DNA of 62,101 nt, filler included, from Hausera hauseri (GCA_046269625.1; 12 parts of 12 records of this genome joined end to end with filler, not necessarily neighbours in it); one strand, 5' to 3'. Shown: positions 14,301-26,295, numbered from the whole stretch's first letter. The notes: a model not told the origin generated them from the sequence alone. Numbers and translations: made by a program.

Positions 14301-15525
14301 GCAGCATTTCTTGGCATTCTTATTGTATACGCTATGATAATAGCAGATTGACGACCGCGCAGGCGATGGTGACCGGTTTCTAGATGCAGGAGGGGCGCGG
14401 TCAGTAGCAAAATTCCTTCGTCGGAACAGGGAAAGCTCGTTTAATATGTTGTTTATATTGTTAATTGTTGCGTGTAGTGCAATATTTTCAGCACGTAGTT
14501 GATTGACTTGTTGTTCTATTGATATATTATTGGTTTGAATATCGTTATGGGCAGCTGCCGCCAAAACGACTGGTGGGGAATGCAAGTGTAGAACATCATG
14601 CGTTTTATCGGCTAATTCGGTTAATTTCTCAAGAGCCGTGGTGTCCTCCACCAAGGTAAGTAAGGCTCGAATTTGGATGGGTAAAGCGTTAAGAAAGTAA
14701 AGACGCAGTAATTCGGGGTTGTGTCCTTTAGTGACGCCGAGAGTGTGAAGATGTGCCAAAAACGTGAGTAAAAATTTTGATGGTCGTTGTACGCTTGTAG
14801 CATTGTCGTGGAAGAAGCGTTGTATGATGGTGGCCATGGAGGGTTTTGTGATTTTAAGAACAGTATTGGAGAGCTGTGAGTGTAGGTCAGAAAGTTCAGA
14901 TATTTCAAGGATGTTGTGAATGCGTGTTTTGATATTGTTAGGAAGTAAGAAGAGGAGATTGTGTGCCTTGGTTAAGGGATCGGTGATATTGTTTGCCTCT
15001 AGCCACAGTTGATGGAATTACAACCACGTTTTGCTAGAGCCTTGGTTTTCAATGAAGAATTCGGTGCAATTAGTGAAAGGAGCGGAAGAGGTAGTAGATG
15101 AAGTATTATTGGTGGAAGCAGGAGTGGGCTTTCGGAGTAGTATGACAGATTTGGGTTTTGTGGTGGTTTTATTCGTGGTGTCTATGGTGGGCGATGAATT
15201 CATGCCATCACGGATGCCGAAGTGTATGTGGAGGTGAATATAAGTTGAGGAATGCAGCCGTGGTGTGTAAAGTAAAAGTCAGGTGAGCGAAGAAAAGTGG
15301 AGATGATGTTGTAGATAGTATCATTGTTTAAGTGTATTAATGCATTTGTGCAAATATGTTTATTATTTAAAAACGAAAAGGAAATACGGAGAGGCCATGT
15401 AGCCGGGGGCGTGTTGTGGGGTGCCAGCGAGCGGTGCCGCCTGACAAAATGGAGTAGGGTGGGCGGCCGTGGCTTCAGTCTCGCCGCGACGGATCGCGGA
15501 TTTCGGGGTAGCCGAATTCCCCACG
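11367..15525 (-). mobile_element. CsRn1/Kabuki-like Ty3/gypsy LTR retrotransposon, copy 1 (decayed; 3' end runs off contig)
   Basis: Gag with CYYH..NAKKC..C knuckle (14250-14837); protease FLIDTGAAISLL (13757-14116); RT (SPWSSPLHVVQK, YRQLN, DLAKAYHQIP, YIDN) and RNase H (VGAVLHQ, RYSTFDRELLAI) in 12138-13682; integrase (VHIDIVG, RWPEAIPL, WIGRFG) in 11367-11984. Confidence 0.95.
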
Positions 15526-16332
15526 GAAATAGTAGATTTAGGACAATTATAAGGCGATTATATATGGTGGGTTTCCAAGTGCCGTCGAAGAACTTTTTTA
15601 TTCGGGTTTTTATTTTTTCACATCTCTGAAGTGGTTTTGAGGACAGTGGTCGCATATTTAACACATTTTGACAGGCATTAACAATGTTTTCAGATACGGT
15701 CCTTGGTACTTTGATTTTTGCTGCCTTGGGGTTTCCAGCTATGTTATCGTCATACTACAGCACAACGCGACTCTTTTGGACCTGGTCTAAGTCTGTAATA
15801 ATGGGATTGGTGTAAGATATGTAATTAATTCTATTATTTAATAGCGTAATGAACAAAACGTGAGAACGAAGATTATTATCCAGGATATTAAATTGATTGT
15901 AGAATGCTAGATACACGGTTTGCGATGATACAGCACTATCTGATGAAACGTAGTTAAGGGCAGCGATTTCTTCGTCTGCTGAATTTGTATGCTGAGTAAT
16001 TTCATTATTTTCAGGTATAATCAAAACGCTTTTAAATAATTTTAAAAAAACTCAAACATGAGCGCAGAAATACGGAAAGGACTTTTGAAATTGGAAGTGA
16101 GTATAAACACCAATATTACGTTGTCCAAAACACCAATATCGGAACAGCACGGGATAGGTGAGAAAATGTTCTGACACCATTTGTTATGTCTTTTGTATGA
16201 ACTTTCAATTGACTTAGATATTTGATTGATTCNNNNNNNNNNNNNNNNNNNNNNNNNNNNNNNNNNNNNNNNNNNNTTAATTAATTAANNNNNNNNNNNN
16301 NNNNNNNNNNNNNNNNNNNNNNNNNNNNNNNN

Positions 16333-19243
16333 GAGGAATGGCCGTCTGGTGTGATAACATGGCCTAAAAAGTTAATATGCTTTTTGAAAAATTGGAATTT
16401 GTCAAAATGGACTTGGAGATTATGATGGTTGGGACGTTGAAATATTGCGCGAAGGTGTTCGTCGTGTTGTTTGGCCGAAGATGAAACGACTAAAATGTCG
16501 TCGATATAAGGATGTGCAAACGGGAAATCGGAAAGAATTGAATCGATGTGACGCTAAAAAGTTTGTGCGGCATTCCGCAAATTGAATGGCATAAATAGAT
16601 ATTCATAGAGGCCAAAGGAGTATTTACTGCGGTTTTTTCAATGTCTTCGGGTGCCACCGGTATTTGATGGTATGCTTTAGCTAGATCAATGGTTGAATAG
16701 ATGGTGGTTGAATTAAGACGATGCAAGATATCCTTGAGGAGTGGTAAAGGATATGCGTCCATGATAGTCAAGTTATTCAGCTGTCGGTAATCACCGCATG
16801 GTTTAAAAGTACCGTCCTTTTTTGTACAACGTATAACGGTGATGACCAAGGAGACTGGGAACGACGTACTATACCGGAATGTTCTAGCTTGAGTAATTCG
16901 GCTTCTACGGCCTGTCTACGACGAGGTGACGGAGGCCGTACCTTTGGCGTATTGGACGTTGGTGCTGTGACTATATGGTGTAAAGTGCTGTTTGCGGGAG
17001 TAAAGAAACGGTCTTTTTTAAGAACGCGTGGACAAGATGTGTTGACGAACTGTTGTAAAGTTGTAGGTAACTGTGACAGATTTGGTGAATGTTGTGAAAC
17101 GGCTTGAGTAGTAGCAAATGCAATGTGTGAGTTGTTTGGTGATGTGCAGTCAAGTGGTATTTGGTGTAAGATGGTTGAATTGAAAATGGTGTTGGCAGAG
17201 GTAATTTCGTCGAATGAGTTAGCGTTGGTGGCAGTACCACAATTATCGAAATCAAATTTCGATCGTATATCCATATTATTGTTTAAAAATTTACGAATAT
17301 AATTATTGTTATAAAAAATCGAATTATTCAGACTTTTTTAAGATTGACTTCCGCATTCCGGTCGACTGCGCGGTAATCGAAACGCTATTTACATGTCCAG
17401 AAATGTCGCCAACGGTGCCTTTCCTCAAACACCGCTGACTGCAGTTAACCAGTAAGTTGTAGTGTGAGAAAAGTCAGATCCTAGGATTGCCGACTGGACG
17501 TTAGCTACTGTGAACGTCCAGTGGAAGGGTGAAAGAAAATTCGGCAGTAAAAGATAGTTTAGTCGTGCCAGAAATGTGCAGCGGTTGACCTGAAGCAGTG
17601 TATAAGTGTTTGATCTTGAATGGAGTATTTTGTTCGGGAAAAGTTGATGGTAGTAAAGAAATTGCTGCACCTGTATCGATGAGAAAGTTAATAGATTGTG
17701 TTGAAGTGGCAGTGATTGCAGCCTTTAGAGTGAAGACTGAAAAAGAGACGTGTCGGCGTGCAGAACGTGAAACAGTGCCTTTGCCAGAGTTTGCCGTGAC
17801 CTCTGGCGGCGAACTTAGTTTTTTTGAAAAGATGAACTGGGACGACTGTGAGAAGTAAAGGCAGTACGTCCGTCGTTTGTATTGGATTTGAAGTTGCAGC
17901 CGGGGATACATTTACGTGCTTGATTTTTGAATCTTGCATGGTAAATGCAAACAACGGTGTACGAGGAAAAATTCTTGTTGTAAAATTGGCAACCCAGGCA
18001 GCATTTCTGAGCATTTGTGTTGAATCTGCCGTGGTAATAGCAGATCGGCGAACGCGCAGGCGATAGTGAGCGGTTTCGTGACGCAGAACGGGTACGATCA
18101 GCGGCAAAACCCCCTCGTCGGGACAGAGACAATTAGTTCGATTTATTATTGATGTTATTGTTTGTTGCATGCAGTGCAATGTTTTCAGCACGTGGCTGAC
18201 TAAGTTGTTGTTTTATAGATGTGTTATCATTTGCGGTAACTGCTGCTGAAACTACTGGTTGAGAATTTGCGTGTAGGACATCGTGTGTACTATCGGCCAA
18301 TTCGGCCAACTTTTTAAGCGGCGTGGAGTCTTCCACCACGGTAAGGAGGGCCCGGATTTGGATAGGTAGCACATTAAGAAAATAGTGGTGTAGAAGACCT
18401 GGGTTGTGCTCCTTAGTTACGCCAAGAGTACGCAAGTGTGCCAACGAGGTGCGTAGGAAGTCAATGGGTTTTTGTGTCCCCATTGCACTTTCATTAAAGA
18501 AACGTTGCATTATAGAGTCAATTGAAGGTTTTGTATGTTTTAATACAACGTTGAATGGTTGGGTATAAGGGTTAAGGTGTTGAAAGGTGTCTAGTAAGTT
18601 ATGGATTGAGGCTTTTATGAAGTTTGGGAGAAGATAGAGTAGGCTATGGGCTTTGGATAAGCAGTCTATGATATCGTTGGACTGTAACCAGAGTTGATAG
18701 AAGTGAAGCCACGTTTTACTGGACTTTTCATTATCTATGAAGTATTCAGTGCGTGTGAAGTATTGGTAGGATTTTTGTGATAATTTGCATGGATTGAAGT
18801 AGGTGCAGGGTTTGGTTTGGAGTAGTAGAGAATGGGTATTGGCTTTTTTGTGGTTGTATCCGTGGTGTAAATAGTTGGAGAAGAATTCATGCCACCAGGG
18901 ATACGGAGATGTATGTTGAAACGAGCATGATTTGAAAAGGAAGGTAAAGTTTCGTTGAGATGTATGATAGTACCGTGATTTGTGAGGTAAAAGTCAGAAG
19001 AACCAAGGATAGAAGAAATGCGGGTTTGAAGGGTGAAAATGTGTGGATATGTTGTATTGAGGGTATAAATATGTATTTTGTTAAAAAGAAAAAATGGAAG
19101 TTGGAGCAGTGGTGGGCCTGGAGGCATGGTGTGAGGCCGACGCCGGAGGCGCCGTGCGACCGACCGGCGTAGGGTTGGCGGTCGGGATCTCCGCCCCGGC
19201 AGGGTGGACACCAAATTGCAGGGTGCTCGAGTTTCCCCTCAAA
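16333..19243 (-). mobile_element. Same gypsy family, copy 2 (UBL-gag-protease-partial RT; frameshifted)
   Basis: Collinear with copy 1: gag 17815-19127, protease FLIDTGAAIS 17501-17911, RT DLAKAYHQIP and YIDD in 16333-16849. Confidence 0.95.
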
Positions 19244-19249
19244 GGTGCC

Positions 19250-20271
19250 GTCAATGCTGCTCGACATTTCTGAATTGCCATCATGACATCTCTATGTTTA
19301 ACTGCATCGCGTTAGTTCATAACAATCTATATGAATTTCCCTTTATTTAAGTCAATTTAAGTTGTTTGGTGATCTTTCGGGGAGACACCAGTTGTGATTT
19401 GTTTGACCGATGAACTGACATACTTAAATCGTGTTTCGTGCAGCATTGGGGAATCTTGCATTGTTGCATGGTGTATGCTTGAGTACGGTATGGAATTTGT
19501 ATGTACTTCTTTTAAACCATAATTCATAGTTGTTTCAAATCGCGCTAATGCTGTAGGTGAGCTAATCATTAGAGATATTATTTGATTGAGGTTAGAATAA
19601 TATGGTGAATTCCTCAACAATAGATATTTACAAACGTCATAAAGAGCTTCATTATTAAAAGGTATAGACAAATCACACGTATCTAGTGTTGTATGACTAT
19701 GAAATATGCTATTGTCTGGTTCAACGATCGCCGTAGACATTATCAAGCTGGGGAATAATGCCAATTGTATTAGGTTTGTTTTGGGATAACCAACGGCTAA
19801 CTGCTGCATTATCAACGCGCAAACTCTAGACCCCGTATCGTCACCTATACTGTTAATGACGATAAATGCATGCGAATTATTCGTTATGTCAGCTAGTTTA
19901 AATAGCTGCGGTCGAAACAATCTTATTAATCGTACACCAGGATTGAGACTTTGTCGAGCGAAACTGTTACCGGAATCTTCACGGTTAGCAATCATTAATT
20001 CCCTACTAGAAATATTTCGACATGCACCGATCTTAATATTATTTATGCATGTGGGCTGTGAATCGATAAGTATAGCTCTTGGATTGAACATACAGTAGTT
20101 TATTGGTTGGGATAGTACTGTCGTTCGGTCAGGTTTGTTAGCTAAATCATCTTTTAATGTTTTTAGTCCATCTGGATCAGTGGTGTGTTCAGGACACAAT
20201 AATTCCAGCAGTGTACTGGCGCATTGCACACCAAACTGACCGGTATGTATGAAAACCACTTTAGACGGTAT
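19250..20271 (-). pseudogene. Intronless divergent alpha-tubulin fragment (about residues 1-338)
   Basis: IHTGQFGVQ, CPEH..PDG, PRAILID, EDSGNSFAR, STAIVEPDNS, NEALYDVC, NLNQII match alpha-tubulin; GGGTGSG is degraded to GDDTGSR; homology continues past stops (GKFI...DVMMAI) to the gypsy boundary. Confidence 0.9.
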
Positions 20272-20349
20272 GCATTTATAAGGTAATAGTTGTATAATGA
20301 CTGTTGAATGAAAGGTTACCTGGCAGCAGTTATGTATCCTTCGGCCACC

Positions 20350-20550
20350 AATTTCGCAGACACGAGGCTGTTTAGCATTAGTTAATACATCTCCAGATGT
20401 ATGTAGCAAATTTGCCATTTGTTTCATAGTGAGTTCTCGAACAGTGGGAATTCGGAAAGCAACATCAAAAAGATGTGCGGCAATTAATTCAATATTCTTG
20501 ATGTCCTCAATTCGAGTTAATTTAATCAATGCAGAGACATACCATTTCGT
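20350..20550 (-). pseudogene. AP3D1: AP-3 complex delta subunit fragment
   Basis: KWYVSALIKLTRIEDIKNIELIAAHLFDVAFRIPTVRELTMKQMANLL...VCEI resembles AP3D WY..LV.LTR.E...LIA.Q.LDVAIRV..IR.....QM..LL. Confidence 0.75.
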
Positions 20551-20670
20551 TCGATCTTATTATTGAATCGTATCATTTAACATTTTCATACGTGAAAATA
20601 TAAATTCACACGTTCGTGGAGCATGAATATTTAATTGATCAATTTTTTCTTTTATCTGCCTATTGAGCTC

Positions 20671-21261
20671 CTAATAATCAACGAGTTCCCGATTACCGTC
20701 CTCAATTGGTTTAAAACCAACATAAAATACATTAGAAAACCCCAACGGCTGATCAGGTTTAGCCTCCCGAATTCGGTTTAAAATGAACTTTTCGTTTAGT
20801 GTAAGATCTGTGTATTCAACAGTATAAAAAAGCAAAAATGCTGGAGTTAACATTTCCGCTTTACACTTATACTCATTTGCTTTCACTTCCAGTTGGACTT
20901 TAAAATATTTGTCAAATGCGTATTGAGCATCAGTAATAAGTTCGAATGTTTCCTGATTCAAGCGGCTATCTCTAGTGCGATACAGTACCAAATAGGACAA
21001 TGCCGTTATTTTCATAAGTAAACGCTTTTGAACATTGGGCGTTTTTGACACGCCTTATAAACCTTTAGTGTCAATACGCATGTAGCATAGATATCTGTCT
21101 TTCTCTCTCGTGACAGCCGTCCAAACTCCGATTGTGCATCGATTCAATTCGTGAAACTTTCTACTGTCCGTATCAATCATTATTTCAAATTGCCCGCCAT
21201 CGTAAAAATCAACGACAACTTCTTTCGAAACCTTTCTGGCAGTCGGATCAGAATGATCCAT
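20671..21261 (-). pseudogene. Unidentified coding-like fragment(s) within the mosaic
   Basis: Two adjacent same-frame ORFs (21055-21261, 20671-21051) separated by one stop; protein-like composition; no family recognised. Confidence 0.35.
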
Positions 21262-21283
21262 CGTATCACAATTGAACAGACGA

Positions 21284-22076
21284 TTAAACCGATTGGCATG
21301 TCACACAAAGAGCCATCATTTTTTTAAGGATAATGAGCAAATCACCGGTCGTTACCATGCAATTGTAAACACATGCTAAGATAAATTGTGAATGCATTTG
21401 GAAGATGTCATCGAGATTCTGAGCTTTGTCGAGTTTCGTCTCCAAGTCAATCCAAAGAGGCTCAATAACCTCAGTAGTCATATAGTACAATAAGTCCTCA
21501 ATGAATATTCGCATACTATTACCCAGCACATTTGCCTTACTAATTAGTCGGATATTTTTACGACTCTGTGTTGCTGCACTTATTCGTCAACCACATATTG
21601 GAAAGAGCCTGTTTCACATAGTGACAGTAAAAAAGGTGTCTGAACAATATTTGATATTGTTGAACGACAGAAAAATTCAGAACAAGACTGATTGGCCATT
21701 CGGTTAGAACGTTCAACGAAAGAGCTTCCAAAACGTGCAAATTTTTACCGGTAATTGTTTTTGTCGGAATTTTTTCATTTTTACCCGGATCAAATCGTAA
21801 TACAGTAAAAATAAAAGTCAACAGTTCTTGATCACTAAACTCGATCTTGAGATTATCTTTGAGAGATTCGTTGACAGAACATCCAGCTTGAAAGGTAACA
21901 TCTAACACAGATTCCAATTTCATTTTGGAATAATCTGTCACTTTTACACTTAATTCGTCTTTTGCCAAATACCTGAAATGAGACAACCAGTCGCCCTCTG
22001 ATAGTAGGAAGTAATGTTTCGTGAATCTGAGATGATTCTTCAGTTTCTTATCCTGAAACATTATGTCCATCAACAT
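21284..22076 (-). pseudogene. TUBGCP2: Intronless gamma-tubulin complex component 2 fragment (GRIP2 region), frameshifted
   Basis: HLRFTKHYFLLSEGDW, LEALSL...WPISLVLN, YQILFRHLFYCHYV, YYMTTEVIEPLW, NLDDIFQMH match GCP2. Confidence 0.88.
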
Positions 22077-22347
22077 TGATAATTCCGCTATTTAGCAATC
22101 GGTCGATCAGTCTTTCAACCTCTGGCTTCAAGTGAATCGGAAGTCTTCTTGGAGGCTGCGCAATTGGGTCCCCTGTCGTCTCAATGTGATGTTGCACGAT
22201 CTTTGTATGGCCTATGTGAAAAGCTGAAGCCATAAAAATATCACCGTACTTTTGAATCATCCTTTTGAGAGATGGGTGTGCTGCAAAAACTTCCAAGGCC
22301 AACTGTGTCCGCTTCTCTGTCGTCACTTCTTGTGTCGTCTTTTGTGA
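22077..22347 (-). mobile_element. Fragment of a different gypsy RT N-terminus, abutting the GCP2 fragment
   Basis: DIF...IGHTKIVQHHIETTGDPIAQPPRRLP...VERLIDRLLNSGII. Confidence 0.85.
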
Positions 22348-22447
22348 NNNNNNNNNNNNNNNNNNNNNNNNNNNNNNNNNNNNNNNNNNNNTTAATTAAT
22401 TAANNNNNNNNNNNNNNNNNNNNNNNNNNNNNNNNNNNNNNNNNNNN

Positions 22448-24832
22448 ATTTATTCGTTGCCGTATACAGCTGGTGCTCAATCGATCGGATGATCGTTTGA
22501 GGTACAACAGCCTTTGATTGTCCTTCTTCTTTTTCATAGATACGGCGATAATCACCGTGGTCGATTTCTGCCTGTTTCAGCTAGACTCCTTTTGCCCGCA
22601 TTTTCGGTCCACAGTCCGTCAGAAGACTGTAGCACTTTAGGTGTAGGAATATTTATTTCCGATACCGGACACGACCTTCACTTTCATCCTTGAAGCAGCC
22701 GATTTTGTTGTTGATCGCGCTGCTGTACAACGGATGATCCGGTAGGTAGTTAAACGTGTCCAGTGGTCCATCTTCCATCATTTACCGGAGCAGTTGGTCG
22801 CGATTGACGTTTTTCAGCTTAAGAAAAAAGTTATCTGTGTCGCCGGCAACTGTACCTATCTCACAGCCGTCGAATATTTGCCGGTATCGTGCCAAGTCGT
22901 GATACTGGAGCTCATACATTCGCAACTTGCTCAGATACAATACCACTTGTCCGATGTAGCTTGGGCGGTCCAGTACGACTTCTTCCCGGTTTAGAAGCAC
23001 GGCGACCAATCCATCGGCAATGTGCATTGATCGCTTGAACAGAGCCTTGCTGGTATACGTGACCAATCGTTTTTCGCTATTGCATAAGTGTACATTTAGC
23101 CGCTTTTTTTAGATTCTCCACTGTTTTTCCGTACATGGAATTGTTTTTGAGCTTGTAGTAGTCCTTTTCAAACTTTGTACAAGCTGCGGCTTGTTTCTCC
23201 AAATTTCCATCAATGTACGCCTTGAATATCCACGCCTGGTTGAAGAGGATTGCACGATGCAGCTGTGTAAAACTGCAGCAGACGCCAATGAACCACGTAA
23301 TTCGATTTGGGTTCATGTGTTATGAGTAGTTTCTTTACTTTTGAGCCTCCGGGTGGACAATGACTCATTGATGCCACGGGTAATTCGTCCAGAGCGTCAT
23401 GCAGCTCATCCTGTACCAGGAGATCAACTTACATTAGGTAGCCGATTGAGCTGTATTCTGTCATGTTTGCCGCTGTTGCTGCTGGAAGACTGTCCAGCAA
23501 TATATCCAGTTCTTGTTTGTCCATTATCCATTCAAATGAACCGTACGGCAAGGGTTGCGAATGCGCCGAGTCGTACATGTTATTAATGTCGATATACAAC
23601 ATTGATGTGGTATAATCACTGGTTACGTGATACCTTTTGACAAATGTCATGCCGCCGCGAATGCCAACATCAAATAGCCGGTATATTTCCGGGTCTTGGA
23701 ACAGCTCAATTTTGCTGTTCAGCGACATTACTGCCGATGCCCAACTCATTCTCGGTATGGAGTACAATTTTAGCGGCTCCAGCCTATCTTTCATCAACGC
23801 CTTAGCACGAAATATCTGAAACACATCGGCTAACATTAACACGTCCAAGTTCAGATACTAAAGCATGTACTCCAACAGGTTTTTGCAGCCGAGCTCTGCA
23901 AAAAACGACTGTGCTTTGTGATATTCTTCGTCTGTGATACCGGGCCATTGCGGTGGTAATTCGTCTGTCGTCTGGAGCCGCTCATACCATATAGCAAAGT
24001 CATAAGGGAATATGCCTTTGCTGCGTGAAATATGCGCGGAGACCTGTGTCAGTGTCAGCGGCACATCCGGCAAGGCATTTACGAGCTTTGCCAGAGACTC
24101 ATTGAGGAACTGCAATGAGTTAAGAAATCGTACCTGAAACCGGTTTATGCGTGCCGATAGGGACAGGTATTTCTCCATTGTTGTTGGTATTATGGATAGC
24201 TCCCAGTGCGGAAATCCGTTTATGGCTCATTTCATAATATAGTGACCGTCATAATCCCTGAAGTTATGAAATATTACCGGCAGGAATAGCCGCACCAATC
24301 TTGCCAAATTGCATGCGTTGCATGCTGCTCCCAGGTACTGACCAATGAAATGATTGTGATCCTGTGCATCGAACGGCAATATTTTGTGGAACAGGTAATA
24401 TTCGTGTGCCCAGACCAAGGGTATAGCGCTATTATTTTGATACCACGGTGCGATTTCCGTTTCCACTATAGTCTCCAAGTAATGTAGAAAATCACGCACA
24501 CAATTTCTTCCTAGGAAAACATAGTATTGCGGTTGTCCGTCGGCTTTAATAGGCACAACCTGCACGCCGACGGCGATTGGAACATGCTTTTGGACATATA
24601 TATTGTGCCGTGGTATATCGACATATACTACATATGCCGGGCTGTCTGTTTTTGACCAATTAGTGAATCTCAGTTCCTTTTTGACGCGCATGACGTACAC
24701 TATGGTTCCCAAGGAATTGTATTTGCACAGATTCACATGTTTCTCCCATGTTGTTTCCGATCTGAATCCATGCAGACATGCGGGACACCATTTACATCGT
24801 ATACGCTTTTTGATGAACTGGTCATGTTCCAT
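22448..24832 (-). mobile_element. Decayed protein-primed family B DNA polymerase (Polinton/adintovirus-like), relic 1
   Basis: DHNHFIGQYLGAACNACNL, FHNFRDYD (Exo II), DVLMLADVF (Exo III), YIDINNMY (motif A), KLKNNSMYGKTVEN (B), GDTDNF (C); many stops and frameshifts. Confidence 0.93.
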
Positions 24833-26199
24833 GTTTAGCGATTGATTATTGAAATTTTAAAATTCATTATCAAAAAATATGCCCATAGTAAATCCACGTG
24901 TTTTCATGCAATACGTTTTCAGTGATTGTAGTGTGTAACAAACTATCCAACAATCTAATGAACCCAAATGCAAACAACCAATAAAATCACTATCTACAGT
25001 ACTATTACGAATGTAATTGGAATGTTTCTGATATGAATTATCACAAATTTAATGAACAATAAAACAACAATCGAGAATCAAATAATGGTAATATAAGAAC
25101 GTTTCCTTCCATCTTTATATTTATGTATAATATATTGTACACTAAATCGCCGAATTCCTTCATCAAACCCTCTAATCATGTCATACAGCGGACAGATCAA
25201 ACAACCGATAAAATTAAAATACTTCGTACCATTGAGACAAACCGGTCGTGTACAACAACGACAAAAAAAGAATTCTTTAGTCCGATATGGCATTTTCATT
25301 CTTCATCTTTTGCTCGGAGGAATAATCTTCGGACATCCTTTCGGGCATTATTCTTTATTATTCTTCTGAAAACCATAATATCATTTGTCGCATTTATTCC
25401 GAATTTTGTCGTACTTATCTCGACGGCGTGTTAAAACACAACAGACGTTACAGCAAATGGAAAACAACTATCAATGGTTTTTCATCTGTTCCGTAAAGTT
25501 TTATGATAACGGATCTTTAATTTCAACTGGTTATCCTAGTTAGTTTTTTCATGTCGTCGTCTTCGTCTACATTTTCTTCACCAATGCCTTTGTCGTTGTT
25601 GCTTTTATTGTTATTTATACAGTGAAAAATTCTCGGGTCAAGCATAGGTTGTTTCGACTGTGACGTGATTATATCGGCTGTATTCATATGGTGATAGGAC
25701 AAAAATTGTTCACAATACGACTGCCAAATAATAATTGGCGTTGGTGATAGGATTTGTCAGTGAAAATGAACAGCTGCATATGGGCCATGCGTAACTGTTT
25801 GTGGGGGTTGGCGATCGCGATTGAAGACGAACATAATTTCAGAGTCCTCAGCTTATTGGCAATGTATGAGACCGATTTCCATAACCCGCAGATTTGAACA
25901 TGGAGAAATTTTACTTGTTTGAAATTTTCCCATCGATTTTTCCACCTGTTCCTATGGTGTGACCGAGTTGCAGTCGAGTCCATTGCAATCTCCAATATCT
26001 ATTTACCCCTTGTACACATTTTCTCAGTGCTAGAAACATACTTCGCGTTACACGCGGAACATTTCCTGTTTTGCTTCTTTCTCTTCTAGCGCCTCTCTCT
26101 TACATTTCTGTAAGCAGCACCTCCGTTAACTTTTGCTCACCTTGTCACACGCTATCGATATCATCTAATCAGAACCCCTTTGTTCGACCTCATTTCCTG

Positions 26200-26295
26200 G
26201 GGGGGCGGTCGTGAGAAAAAAGGTGAAATACTCGAAATAGACAATCAGATGTGGTAAACTGGTTAACTGACCAATCAGAGAAGTGGGGCGGAACT
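26200..26295. promoter_or_regulatory. GC-box/CCAAT cluster, promoter-like
   Basis: GGGGCGG at 26202 and 26285, and CCAATCAG at 26271, in AT-rich DNA; target gene unclear. Confidence 0.25.

Noticed and set aside
19194-19213. TGGTGTCCACC as a tRNA primer-binding site
   Set aside because: Lies inside the LTR-like unit, is absent from copies 1 and 3, and matches no tRNA end I recognise
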